Shown here piece after piece: positions 1 through 11,741 of a stretch of 32,315 nucleotides of DNA. The position numbers and the translations under genes are program-made. Position 1 is the stretch's first letter, and each line of letters begins with the position of its first letter. Source of the stretch: Octopus sinensis (taxonomy: Eukaryota); the NCBI RefSeq assembly GCF_006345805.1, contig NW_021832808.1:1-32315 (forward strand). The letters are read 5' to 3'. The notes beneath the pieces were generated by a model. The model made no database searches. It saw nothing but the letters and a program-made list of their open reading frames with translations, and was not told the DNA's origin.

Positions 1-84
1 CCTGGGGGTCGATTTGCACGACTAAAAGGCGGTGCTCCAGCATGGCCACAGTCAAATGACTGAAACAAGTAAAAGAATAAAAGA
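1..84 (+). mobile_element. SINE family A, 3' end only
   Basis: ggggtcgatttg..cgactaaa..ggcggtgctccagcatggcc.cagtcaaatgactgaaacaagtaaaagaataaaaga matches the 3' ends of copies at 12.5 kb (+) and 5.04/23.9 kb (-). Confidence 0.8.
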
Positions 85-559
85 GTAATCAATATTTAGT
101 TCAACATGTGAGAAACCACGTGTGGAAACAGTATTATAGGCGGGAAAGTGCAAAGAAAGGGAACTTTTAAGATGACGATATCTGAATGCCTGAACCGGAA
201 AGTTCTGACGATTCTAGAATTCATCCTGTGAGGCATTCTGTGAGACTTCATTGTTTGTGTGGACGTTCTAGATAAGGTTGTTGTTGGTAATTACTTCTAA
301 GTATATGATATAGTGTTGACGCCACGAAAGAGTCTCACGAGGGAAGAAAATATGACAGTTTCAGCAAATCTTTCGTTTTTTTCTTTCTTAGTGTAACAAC
401 AATTTGTTTTGTTTTAGCCATTGAATTTCAACATGTAGATTATTTCAGTAAGATATTACAGATAATACTCGGGGTGGTAATGTTGCACACTAGATCTTTA
501 ACACTTTTGTTTGTCTCCATGACTCAAGCATGAATTGTGACACATACACACACACAAGA

Positions 560-700
560 GAAGTATCCATTCTGTGAAACGGTCTTTAATGCTGCAGTCA
601 TTGAAGCTGAGATCCAATTACCCGGTTTCAAAGTATTTGTGACCCAACCCACAAAACGAATAGTGAAGCCACCGTCATTAATAATCACGATAACGTCAGT
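560..700 (+). pseudogene. Possible decayed LINE APE-endonuclease fragment
   Basis: + strand reads CETVFNAAVIEAEIQLPGFKVF, resembling the ETWL..EI.I.GY..F motif seen in the LINE at 20.85 kb; short and degenerate. Confidence 0.3.
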
Positions 701-720
701 CGCCTGACGATCGGGACTGC

Positions 721-723
721 GTG

Positions 724-785
<62 letters not shown>

Positions 786-808
786 GCGCGCGTGTGTGTG
801 TGTGTGTG
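721..808. repeat. (TG)n/(CG)n compound microsatellite
   Basis: Direct reading. Confidence 0.95.
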
Positions 809-1052
809 TATTATGCGTTGCAAAACTATGGCTAACCATATCCGAGAAAGGCAAAACACTCAACGAAGCAATCCAGGAATGATAACATGCGTCAGAGTGG
901 GTGGGTAAGCTCTGTTTACACTTGGTGCAATGGGCTCCCATCATCGTCTCATCTGTACAAAAGAGTGTAGGGCCATAGCGGGACTGAAATGCCACTAGGC
1001 CACGACTGTGCTGCTGTTCCTTCACAGAACAATCAAGTGATAGCACTACTTG

Positions 1053-1068
1053 AAGCACACGCACAAGC

Positions 1069-1106
<38 letters not shown>

Positions 1107-1274
1107 ACACACACACACACACACGCACACACACACACGCACACGCACACATACACACATACATACACACACACACATACACACACATACACATCACACA
1201 TATACACGCACACACACATACACACACACACGCACACACACATACACACACGCACACACACACACATACACACA

Positions 1275-1307
<33 letters not shown>

Positions 1308-1308
1308 G

Positions 1309-1348
<40 letters not shown>
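1053..1348. repeat. (CA)n compound microsatellite with CG/TA interruptions
   Basis: Direct reading. Confidence 0.95.
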
Positions 1349-1349
<1 letters not shown>

Positions 1350-1623
1350 TATGCATGAATATATGTGTGGGAGTTGTTGTAAGAGTAACTCAACAAATTA
1401 TGAGATCTATGCACACAAGTCACACCCATCTCTCACAAACGAACACAGCTCGGTAATCATGTACCATGCTTCTGCTAATTGTTTTAGTTGCTCTGTTTTC
1501 GCAACTAGACATAGGTGCTGTCTTGGTTTTGCCCTCAACACATGTCTCTGGGAAGATTGAGGACATGGCAGCTGGAGGGAGAGTGGGTCGCTAGTTATTA
1601 GATTAGTACTCATTTTCTGCTTA

Positions 1624-1937
1624 TTTTTTATTTATTTATATGCCCTTTTCAAATCTAGCCAGTCTCATGGATCCGGTTTCCCGGTTTCTATGGCGTATGT
1701 GTCCCTCCCAACTGGACGGGACATCAGTCCATCGCAGTGTTACTCAAGAAACAGGAAGAAAGAGTGAGAGAAAGTTGGGGCGAAAGAGTACAACAGGGGT
1801 TGCCACCACCACCTTGCAGAGCCTCGTGAAGCTTTAGGTGTTTTCGCTCAATAAACACACACAACGCCCGGTCTGGGAATCGCGATCCTACGACCGCGAG
1901 TCTGCTGCCCCAACCACTGGGCCATTGCGACTCCACC
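1624..1937 (-). mobile_element. SINE family C, alternative-tail variant
   Basis: Reverse complement begins ggtggagtcgcaatggcccagtggttgggcagcagactcgcggtc, the same head as 2843 and 7796. A/T-rich tail at 1624-1640. TSD cattttctgctta at 1611-1623 and 1937-1949. Confidence 0.85.
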
Positions 1938-2236
1938 ATTTTCTGCTTAGTTGACAGGAACAACGAGAAATTATTGCCTCCTTGCTCAAAGACAATAAAC
2001 AGTTCCATCAACGAAGAACCAAAAGATTTTAACAATGAATTTGATAGAGAGCATAGAGGTGAACTCCAAACAGTTCGTGCACTCTACATGAAACTCAAAA
2101 ACCATGAAATGTTACTTCCCCCATATTAAGACTGAAATCAGCATATCAAACAAGATGAAGCTGGAGGAAACATCTTCAAGAATAGTTTTTTTTAATGCAA
2201 CATTTCTACGTACAACCTCCATGAAATAGCCTCATA

Positions 2237-2644
2237 TCTCTATATATATAAACGGCAGTTTGCCTGTCTGTGTGTCTGTGTGGCTGTCAGGTTGTACCCT
2301 CACCCTGACCACGACTTTCAACCGATTCTGATGAAACTTGACACACACATAGCCCAATGTCATAATTCAAAACTAATGCAGCGAAAATTTTGAAAATTCC
2401 CCCCAGTTCTGAAAAAAATTGATAAATTCGACATGGGGTCGAGAATCTAAGCTTTTTATATGCAATACATTTTCTGTCGGGAGACAGCTAGGAACATCGT
2501 ATACATAGAAGTATTCGAGTGAAGAGAAGACATTGCAACCTACACATGCGCCTTCGTTCCCTAAAGAGAAAGAACTAGATTGGGATTAGTCGTTGCCTAC
2601 TAGGGGCTCTTACATACCTGGGCAACGCCGGGCTATGCTGCTAG
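2237..2644 (+). mobile_element. Non-autonomous Helitron
   Basis: A|TCTCTATATATATAAA 5' end; CCTGG-GCAACG-CCGGG hairpin at 2617-2632; CTAG|T 3' end at 2641-2644; inserted between A and T with no TSD. These are canonical Helitron termini. Confidence 0.8.
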
Positions 2645-2710
2645 TCTATAACTAAATCGTTCGCCAATTAATTACGAGTGATCAAGTGATCATTTTTCTA
2701 GGATTATCTT

Positions 2711-2842
2711 ACTTGTTTAAACTGATTTCAGTCTTACTGGGGTTATGAAAGAAAAAAAAAACGTCCCTGGTCTTTGAATGTTATACGGAGTTGAGCTTAT
2801 GTGGAATGCTAGTCGTTCAATTCTGTTGTATTGACACTTATT
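2711..2842 (+). repeat. Left copy of ~131-bp direct duplication flanking a SINE
   Basis: acttgtttaaactg...gacacttatt recurs at 3229-3359 with one 1-bp indel and one substitution. Confidence 0.95.
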
Positions 2843-3228
2843 GGCGGAGGCGCAATGGCCCAGTGGTTAGGGCAGCGGACTCGCGGTCATAGGATCGCGG
2901 TTTCGATTCCCAGACCGGGCGTTGTGAGTGCTTATTGAGCGAAAACACCTAAAGCTCCACGAGGCTCCGGCAGGGGATGGTGGTGATCCCTGCTGTACTC
3001 TTTCACCACAACTTTCTCTCACTCTTACTTCCTGTTTCTGTTGTACCTGTATTTCAAAGGGCCGGCCTTGTCACTCTCTGTGTCACGCTGAATATCCCCG
3101 AGAACTACGTTAACGGTACACGTGTCTGTGGAGTGCTCAGCCACTTACACGTTAATTTCACGAGCAGGCTGTTCCGTTGATTCGGATCAACCGGAACCCT
3201 CATCATCGTAACCGACGGAGTGCTTCCC
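2843..3228 (+). mobile_element. SINE family C, full length
   Basis: tRNA-like head with A box TGGCCCAGTGG and B-box-like GGTTTCGATTCC; near-identical to 7796-8185. Confidence 0.9.
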
Positions 3229-3359
3229 ACTTGTTAAACTGATTTCAGTCTTACTGGGGTTATGAAAGAAAAAAAAAACGTCCCTGGTCTTTGAATGTTA
3301 TACGGAGTTGAGCTTATGTGGAATGCTAGTCGTTCAAGTCTGTTGTATTGACACTTATT
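3229..3359 (+). repeat. Right copy of ~131-bp direct duplication
   Basis: Matches 2711-2842. Confidence 0.95.
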
Positions 3360-3684
3360 ACGAATTTGTGCAATTTTACATAGTATCCATCGAGTCTCAA
3401 AATAACTGAAGTTTTAAAAGCTCACACCTACTCAAAAACTACTTTGCAATTACCAACTATTAAACCAAAATCTTAATGCCTATTTCATCATCTTTGGTTT
3501 TCTTTAACGAAGCTTCATGAGTAAAAAATAAAATACAGACACCAAATGTTCTTTCAGGTATATAAACAGAAAGAGACATTTACGATTTTCTATGTATTCA
3601 CCCTAACGAAGGTATAAAATTGTCTGAAACGTCTATGTACAACAATTGGTATAATCAGAAATACAAATTGTTTCCGGAGATAAA

Positions 3685-3685
<1 letters not shown>

Positions 3686-3715
<30 letters not shown>

Positions 3716-3725
3716 TGTATGTATG

Positions 3726-3759
<34 letters not shown>

Positions 3760-3911
3760 TGTATGTATGTATGAATGTATGTATGTATGTATGTATGTAT
3801 GTATGTATGTATGTATGTATGTATGAATGTATGTATGTATGTATGTATGTATGTATGAATGTATGTATGTGTATGTATGTATGTATGTATGTATGTATGT
3901 ATGTATGTATG

Positions 3912-3945
<34 letters not shown>

Positions 3946-4385
3946 TGTATGAATGTATGTATGTATGTATGTATGTATGTATGTATGTATGTGTGTGTAC
4001 ATGTATGTATGTATGTATGTATGTATGAATGTATGTATGTATGTATGTATGTATGTATGTATGTATGTATGTATGTATGTATGTATATATGTATGTATGT
4101 ATGTATGTATATATGTATGTATGAATGTATGTATGTATGTATGTATGTATGTATGTATGTATGTATGTATGTGTTTGTGTGTGTGTATGTATGTATGTAT
4201 GTATGTATGTATATATGTATGTATGTATGTATGTATATATGTATGTATGAATGTATGTATGTATGTATGTATGTATGTATGTATGTATGTATGTATGTAT
4301 ATATGTATGTATGTATGTATGTATATATGTATGTATGAATGTATGTATGTATGTATGTATGTATGTATGTATGTATGTATGTATG

Positions 4386-4417
<32 letters not shown>

Positions 4418-4431
4418 TGTATGTATGTATG

Positions 4432-4463
<32 letters not shown>

Positions 4464-4945
4464 TGTATGAATGTATGTATGTATGTATGTATGTATGTAT
4501 GTATGTGTGTGTGTACATGTATGTATGTATGTATGTATGTATGAATGTATGTATGTATGTATGTATGTATGTATGTATGTATGAATGTATGTATGTATGT
4601 ATGTATCTGTTTGTGTGTGTGTGTATGTATGTATGTATGTATGTATGTATGTATGTATGTATGTATGTATGTATGTATGTATGAATGTATGTATGAATAT
4701 GTGTATGTATGTATGAATGTATGTATGTATGTATGTATCTGTTTGTGTGTGTGTGTATGTATGTATGTATGTATGTATGTATGTATGTATGTATGTATGT
4801 ATGAATGTATGTATGTATGAATATGTGTATGTATGTATGAATGTATGTATGAATATGTGTATGTATGTATGTATGTATGTATGAATGCATGTGTTTGTGT
4901 GTGTTTATGTATGTATGTATGTATGTAGGTAGGTAGGTAGGTATA
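3686..4945. repeat. ~1.26-kb (ATGT)n tetranucleotide array with ATGA/ATAT/GT variants, ending in (GTAG)n
   Basis: Direct reading. Confidence 0.97.
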
Positions 4946-4969
4946 TGTCTATATTTATGTATCAATCAA

Positions 4970-4970
4970 C

Positions 4971-5006
<36 letters not shown>

Positions 5007-5040
5007 ATATCTATCTATCAATCTATCTATCTATCTATTT
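4970..5040. repeat. (CTAT)n microsatellite
   Basis: Direct reading. Confidence 0.9.
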
Positions 5041-5043
5041 ATT

Positions 5044-5261
5044 TATTCTTTTACTTGTTTCAGTCATTTGACTGCAGCCATGCTGGAGCACAGCTTTTTG
5101 TCGAACAAATCGACCCCACGACTTCTTCTTTTTAAGTCTGGTACTTATTCTATCGGTCGATTTTGCCGAACTGCTCAGTTATCAAGCGATGGGAGGTGAA
5201 CAAACACAGACACACAAATATGTATATATATATATATATGTATACACACACACAACACACA

Positions 5262-5298
<37 letters not shown>

Positions 5299-5449
5299 CA
5301 TATATACAATGGGCTTCTTTCAGTTTCCGTTTATCAAATCCACTCACAGGCTATAGTAGAAGACTCTTGCCCAAGGTGCCACGCAGTGGGAGTGAACCCA
5401 GAACGATGTGGTTGGGAAGCAAGCTACTTACCACACACCCACACCTGGG

Positions 5450-5452
<3 letters not shown>
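5044..5452 (-). mobile_element. SINE family A with internal TA/CA microsatellite
   Basis: Minus strand has a tRNA-like head (tggtaagtagcttgcttcccaaccacatcgttctgggttcactcccactgcgtggcaccttgggcaag), a CORE-like ccttgggcaag segment, an internal microsatellite and the family A 3' end. Confidence 0.85.
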
Positions 5453-5486
<34 letters not shown>

Positions 5487-5802
5487 TATATATTTTACAT
5501 ATATATATATATATATATCAATGTCTATCCTGATTTTCGTTTAAGTCTTCGTATTAGTATTAGCTGAGTAGTTTTGCTTCATTTATAATATACGCACGTG
5601 CTTGCTCGCTTGTGAGGAAGAATGTGCTGTGTGTGCGAGCGTATGTGCGTGGACGTACACAGAGAGAAAGAGAGACAGAGAAAGTGAGACAGACACAGAG
5701 GGAAGGAGATAGGAGTGAGCAAGAGAGAGGAGAGAAATAGTTATAGAAATGAATTTGTTTTCAAATATGACTTAGTATTAACTACATTATATATCATTAG
5801 AA

Positions 5803-5972
5803 ATATTCTTTTCTACTCTAGGTACAAGACCCGAAATTCTGGAGGAGGATACCAGTCAATTAGATCGACCCTATTACGCACCTGGTACTTCATTTATCGA
5901 CCCTGAAAGGATGAAAGGCAGAGTTGGCCTCGGCGGAATTTGAACTCAGAACATAAAGACAGACGAAATACC
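5803..5972 (-). mobile_element. SINE family B, 5'-truncated copy (tail type 1)
   Basis: ctgagttcaaattccgccgagg..ctttcatcctttc.gggtcgataaa body shared with 15514-15750. Confidence 0.75.
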
Positions 5973-6210
5973 TATTTCTATTTCTTTACTACCCACAAGG
6001 GGCTAAACACAGAGAGGAAAACAAGGACAGACAAACGGATTAAGTCGATTACATCGACCCCAGTGCGTAACTGGTACTTAATTTATCGACCCCGAAAGGA
6101 TGAAAGGCAAAGTTAGTTGACCTCGACGGAATTTGAACTCAGAACGTAGCGGCAGACGAAATAATGCTAAGCATCTCGCCCGGCGTGCTAACGTTTCTGC
6201 CAGCTCGCCA
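5973..6210 (-). mobile_element. SINE family B, full copy (tail type 2)
   Basis: Reverse complement ggcgagctggcagaaacgttagcacgccgggcgagatgcttagc...; closely matches 15514-15750 including the tail. Confidence 0.85.
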
Positions 6211-6254
6211 AGACCAATAATATTTAAAATAATAACCTGCCTATTGTAATGATA

Positions 6255-7395
6255 ATTCCTTTTACAGTGTAACAACCAGTAACAGGCCGAGAAAACAATC
6301 AAAAGAGGTATCTTCCAGGAAGATTCTCGTTTAGCTTTGCTATTCGTTACAGTCTTGATCCCACTTTCTGTAGTTCTACGCAAAGTCAGCGCACATTACG
6401 AGCTGAAGAAAAATGGACCTCTTCTCGACTACTTTCTCTTCATGGATGACATAAAACTATTCTCAAAAACAGAGCGATATGGAAAGGCTGTTTAAAATTG
6501 TACAGACGTGCAGCAATGATATAAGAATGGAATTCGGAATCTCAAAGTGTGCGGTATTTACTTTGAAACGGGAAGAAAAGAGCAGATTGCAGGAGTATAG
6601 AATTGCCAAACAGAGAGCGAATGAGATGATGGGTACCCTGGAGCTGGACAATATCTTGCATAGAGAAATGAAAGACAAGGGCATCAACGCGTATTTGAAG
6701 TGCTTCAAACTTCTCTTGAATCAAAACTCTATGCAAAGGACCTTGTGACTGCTATCAACACATAGACTGATGCTGTAGTTCGTTATAGTGCACCATTCAG
6801 AAATTGACAGAAGCGGAGATTGACCGACTCAATTGCACTACTCGAAAGAACATGACAATGCATTGTGCCCGCCATCCTAATAGGAAGGTACACAGGCAGT
6901 GCATGAAGAGGTGTAAAGGTAGACGTGGTCTGATAAGCGTACCGGGGTGCATCAATAGTGAAAGAAGATACTTCTGGTAAACAGCGAACAAGACCTGCTA
7001 CTGTATGCTACTAATGTAGAAGGATTTACCAACAATGGAGTTGAGAGTGCTAATGAATTCCGATGAAGAATAGCCACCTCGAAACTAGCAACTTAAAAGA
7101 CCAGGAAGCATCAGGGATGTGGTTCAGTAAAGGTAACCACAAAAAGAGGAATGAAAGCCTGATATTACCGTCCAGGGCTAGGCCTGATATTACTGTCCAG
7201 GGTCCCAGTGTAAAGGGATATAAACCACATAAGTGCAACGAACCTCTGCAGAATGTATGGGAAGAGAGTCGAAAGCGTGGCTTAGATCGTTAGCATTTAT
7301 GAAAGCCCTACATGGAAAGAATACAAGCGCAGACGCGACAAGGTAGCCCTAGACCTTCACTGATTACCGTGCCGGAAGAACGGAAATGAGGTAAC
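6255..7395 (+). mobile_element. Decayed RLE-type LINE (R4/Dong-like): RT motifs through zinc-knuckle region
   Basis: Fragments KRGIFQEDS (GIFQGDSLS), FMDDIKLFSK, DIRMEFGISKCAV, LELDNILHREMKD, RGLISVPGCINSERR, LCRMYGKRVESVA*IVS (decayed CCHC) and KEYKRRRDKVALDLH*, across several frames. Typical of R4/Dong ORFs. Confidence 0.8.
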
Positions 7396-7795
7396 ATGTG
7401 GTTGGTGAATAATGGAGTTTAACGCCGCTTCTCCCCGTTACTTATTTGCCGTAACGTTGCTTTGTTTAAAATCACACATAGTAAATTGTCCAGGTGCTTC
7501 TTCAATACTCCGTGTAGATTTCCACATTTCTTTAGCAAGATATAAATTTGTAGGCCGGTGAACCTTAGGCCACTGCAGTATGATTTTTGATGAGGGTGAG
7601 GGCCTTCAGGACTATGTACTTACGGCCAGTTCGGGATATTGTATAGCTTTCAATAGTGAAGTTTGGTTCGAGCCATTCAAAGAAAGGATCTGTTTATAGA
7701 CTACTGCATATTTTTCCTGTCTTCTCGTCAGAGATTAGGGCTTTAATACTTTCAGCCTCTCCCAGCTGCTTAGCTGTGTTGTACTGGGACATCTT

Positions 7796-8185
7796 GTGGA
7801 GGCGCAATGGCCCAGTGGTTAGGGCAGCAGACTCGCGGTCATAGGATCGCGGTTTCGATTCCCACACCGGGCGTTGTGAGTGTTTATTGAGCGAAAACAC
7901 CTAAAAGTTCCACGAGGCTCCGGCAGGGGATGGTGGTGATCCCTGCTGTACTCTTTCACCACAACTTTCTCTCACTCTTACTTCCTGTTTCTGTTGTACC
8001 TGTATTTCAAAGGGCCGGCCTTGTCACTCTCTGTGTCGCGCTGAATATCCCCGAGAACTACGTTAACGGTACACGTGTCTGTGGAGTGCTCAGCCACTTA
8101 CACGTTAATTTCACGAGCAGGCTGTTCCGTTGATCGGATCAACCGGAACCCTCGTTGTCGTAACCGACGAAGTGCTTCCACCACC
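7796..8185 (+). mobile_element. SINE family C, full length, inserted in the LINE
   Basis: Near-identical to 2843-3228; (CCA)n tail; 13-bp TSD actgggacatctt at 7783-7795 and 8186-8198. Confidence 0.92.
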
Positions 8186-9289
8186 ACTGGGACATCTTCT
8201 TCGTGTAGCATCGCTTGATTGTTCTAGATCTGTTAAAAATGATTCAGTTTTTCGTCAACTTGGCTGTGAACAGTAGTGTAAGCGTTCGAGGACAACTTTT
8301 CTCCTCAAAACCGCATGACTACCTGCTCTCTTGCACTGAATGATCTGAGAATTTATCCCGATATTCTTTCGTACATCAGTGTTGTTTTGGTAATGTGTTC
8401 ATGAAAAAATGCATCAATACACATATCTATTTACAGCTCATGCATACACTATGATTCTGGAATTGCAATTTCCCCGGATCGAATCCATCCTGGTTGCGGA
8501 GCATTTGCAGGCTGATAGTAATGGGCTTGGAATTTTCCAGTGTTAAATTGCATGTACTTGTCTTCACACTGGCAGATTATATTAAAGACCTGCAGTAGGT
8601 TTGTAGCATCATCCCAGGTATGGTGCCACTACAAATGGCAATCCCATCGATGGTGCCACTACAAACAGCAATGGCTCATCCCCAGACAATTTTCTGTCGA
8701 ATTCCACTCAAAATTGGAAATTTCTATGAGAGATCAAGTTGACCGCGACCTGTTTTCAGTCTCTAAAAATGGTATGTAACCCCTCCCCTATTTTCTCAAC
8801 TATGTTGTTTGTGACACACCATTCTGTGGTCGACTTCCGGAAATTGAAGATGTATAACGACCCCCAGTCAAGAGATTGAGCAGCAGTTTCAGCACCCAGT
8901 CGTATTGCTTTAGGAGTTGTGTAAGAGACCTTCTTATTTTCCGAAGGTCATACTGCGTGTTTGTCAGCAATTGATATTCTTCTAGGAATGTAATCAGTTT
9001 TCTTAAGATAATTCGTTCCATGGTTTTGTTGAGATGTGTAGTTAGAGAGATAAGCCTGTAACCTTTGGCACTTGCTCTACTTCCTTCTTTATGAAGAGGG
9101 CATTTTTGCCTTCCTTTAACTTATTCGATAGTTTCCCGTTTGCCAGAAATCGCTGAAAGAATAGTCTAGCTAGAGGGTGTTTTCATGTTTTTAGAGTGAT
9201 TTCAGAATGGAAGGAATTTATCAGAGTCTGTTGCAGAATTTAAGCTTATTTTATTTATGATTGATATTACATCTTTCTCTTTTATGCTG

Positions 9290-9695
9290 ATGCAATCAGT
9301 CTATAAAGCACAAATAGACAAATTACATCCATATATGACGAGGAAGCTGCGACAAATTATAAATATCATTCTGTTTCAAAAGGTCAGGAATGAAGAGATT
9401 CCTCCGACTTGCTGGTCTGCCTCCTACGATGGAAATCCCCATTGATAGAAATTTACGATGGTTTGGGACACGTACACAGGATGGACAACAACAGGCTCTC
9501 CAGACAAATCCTTTACTCCCAACTATGGAAGGCTTAGACTAAGGTTCAAAGATACTGCACAAAACAATAAGAAAAGGATTGAGCTTAATAAATGGCAAAC
9601 GCAAGCGAATAACTGACCAGTGTGGAGAAAACTTACCAAGCCTTGCCAAAGTCATGAGCAGTCATAGTCGCGACGACTGACTGCAGATAATAATG
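9290..9695 (+). mobile_element. RTE-clade LINE 3' fragment
   Basis: Frameshifted remnants YMTRKLRQIINI..KVRNEEI-LRLAGLP, NLRW-GHVHRMDNNRLSRQILYSQL, RLRFKDTA, WQTQANN*PVWRKL; typical RTE C-terminus. Confidence 0.75.
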
Positions 9696-11282
9696 ATCAA
9701 TGTTTGCCACCTGCCTTGTTGTTGTTGTTGTTGTTAAGCAACAAGACGGGTAAGGGTGATTAGGTGATGGTCTAGGGCTTAGGGGCGGGAGACCCCAGAC
9801 TTTGGAAAAAAAAACTTTGGTCGTCTTGTTGTAGTCGAGGGCTCTTCGTTGACGCCTGACACCACTGGGAGGTGGCCCTCGAAGTCGCTGGAAATGGAGA
9901 TCTCCTGGTCCAAATTCTTGAACGGCTGCCACCTGCCTAGAGCTGTAGTGTCAAAGAACTCCTCTAGCTTAATAACCTGCACGTATCCCGGGGTGTGGTT
10001 AAGAGGGGTGTGGGAAACATTTTTGAACTATACTCATCTTTCACTTATCCTTTTGATGGCTGCCATTAACGAGTTAACTCTTTAGAAAAATAGCCTTTTT
10101 AATGATGCACTACGGATAATTCTCTGGCGAATTAGTTGGAAACTTTGGAATATGTTCATATATTCTTTACAGCCCCGGTTTCTATATCTGAACTCCCTTT
10201 ATCACAAGAGTGCCTCATTTTGTTTTCTATGTATTGAAATGTCTTTACTGGGTGAGACTGTTCGCTTTCGGTAAATTAATCATTTAGATGATTTGAGACT
10301 TTTGTTCTGTGCCTCATGAGAACTTTTCTTTCTCTGGGAATTATATACTTGAGTAGCTTGGCCCCTCCTTCTGTGATATATTTAATGCATACGGTTTGCA
10401 TAATTGACATAGATTGTTTGAGTTTCATGTCATTGTAATGTTCAGAGAGATTTTTCTGGTCAGTCTTGTTTGAAGATCTATTCTTGAATTGATTTCCAAT
10501 AAGCTTTGTGAAAATTTAGGATAGACAAGGCTTCCGTGCGTCTAACAGAGTGTGTATGTACAACTGTACCATACATTGTAAGTTCTGTTAGGTTATGGTT
10601 CGAGAAAACAGTCGATGTCGCGATCACATTCTGGATGATACCAAGTTTTTCGTGAAGTGGAGGTCTAGAATATTTTTTCATACTAGTGGGATGGAGTATA
10701 ATTTGTCCTATGACTAGAGCGTTGTCTCATGTATTAGGGAGTTCGAGTAATTGTTTTGATTGTTTTTGTTCATGCAGTGACATTCTTGAGAGAAGGTAGC
10801 CTTCGGGGCATTCAATACGAGGGAGGTTAAAGTCACCCAAAAGGATCTTGTTCGAATGCTAGTCCAGCTTGGTCAGTACCTCTTTCATCTTACTAAGGTT
10901 GTCTTCAGACTGACCACCGTCGTTTGAGGTATTTGGTAGACGGTACGTTGTACATATAACAACATCAAATAACTTAACATGTACTATCAGAGTGTCGGGA
11001 ACGGAGTTTAAGTCTGATTGCAAGATCAAAGGTGTGACGTCAGCACTGACACATATAGCATCTCCACCATGGCTTCTTTCTTCCTTGTCAGTACCGAATA
11101 TGACACAACTTTTGGTATGTGAATTTCCACACCTGCTAACATTTGATATTAGATGGATTTCTGTGATTGCTATGCGTATCGCTTGACTGCATTTGGCAAG
11201 ATTTTCCAGGTACAGGAATTTACTTCTGTTTCTGGTTTTTAATAGCTCCTAAAATTTAGTAATAATATCAATGTAACGCTTA

Positions 11283-11470
11283 AGGAGGAGAGCTGGCAAA
11301 ATGCTTAGTGGCATCTCGCCTGTCTTTACGTCCTGAGTTTAAATTCCACCGAGCTCCACTTTGCCTTTCCTCCTTTCGGAATCAATGAAATATGTACCAA
11401 TTGAGCACTGGGATCGATGTAATTGACTAACCTCCTCGCCGTAATCGCTGGCTTTGTGCCGAAATTTGAA
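11283..11470 (+). mobile_element. SINE family B, diverged copy (tail type 3)
   Basis: ggagagctggcaaaatgcttagtggcatctcg..ctgagtttaaattccaccgag..ctttgcctttcctcctttcgg; tail gctggctttgtgccgaaatttgaaaccaat. Confidence 0.7.
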
Positions 11471-11588
11471 ACCAATATCAATGTATCGCTAAGTCAATCA
11501 GTTGTGGTGGCCTTGCGTGCAAATGTAGATGACTGTTTCTGCTGCAGCCAAGTCAGCTTCTGCACAATCTTTTGTGCATCATTTAAAA

Positions 11589-11741
11589 GTTTGCTGCTCG
11601 TCTGCTACAGTTTGCACTGTGCATATCGTCTGCTGCAGTTTGCACTGTGCGTATCGTCTGCTGCAGTTTGTACTGTGCGTATCGTCTGCTGCAGTTTGCA
11701 CTGTGCGTATCGTTTGCTTCAGTTTGCACTGTGCGTATCGT
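11589..11741. repeat. 28-bp minisatellite (agtttgcactgtgcgtatcgtctgctgc), about 5 units
   Basis: Unit starts at 11609, 11637, 11665, 11693, 11721, plus a degenerate unit at 11589. Confidence 0.9.

Noticed and set aside
524-1560. ORFs rich in HT/CV/VC dipeptides
   Set aside because: Translations of (CA)n/(TG)n microsatellites; flanks show no coherent domain.
1952-2130. Short open frame DRNNEKLLPP...NHEMLLPPY
   Set aside because: No recognisable domain or convincing splice context.
2843-2915. tRNA gene (also at 7796, 1870-1937, 15514, 24260-24330)
   Set aside because: A/B boxes are present but continue into shared SINE bodies with TSDs; no convincing cloverleaf.
3620-4965. 436-aa and overlapping MYVC/IHTY ORFs
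   Set aside because: Stop-free frames of the (ATGT)n array.
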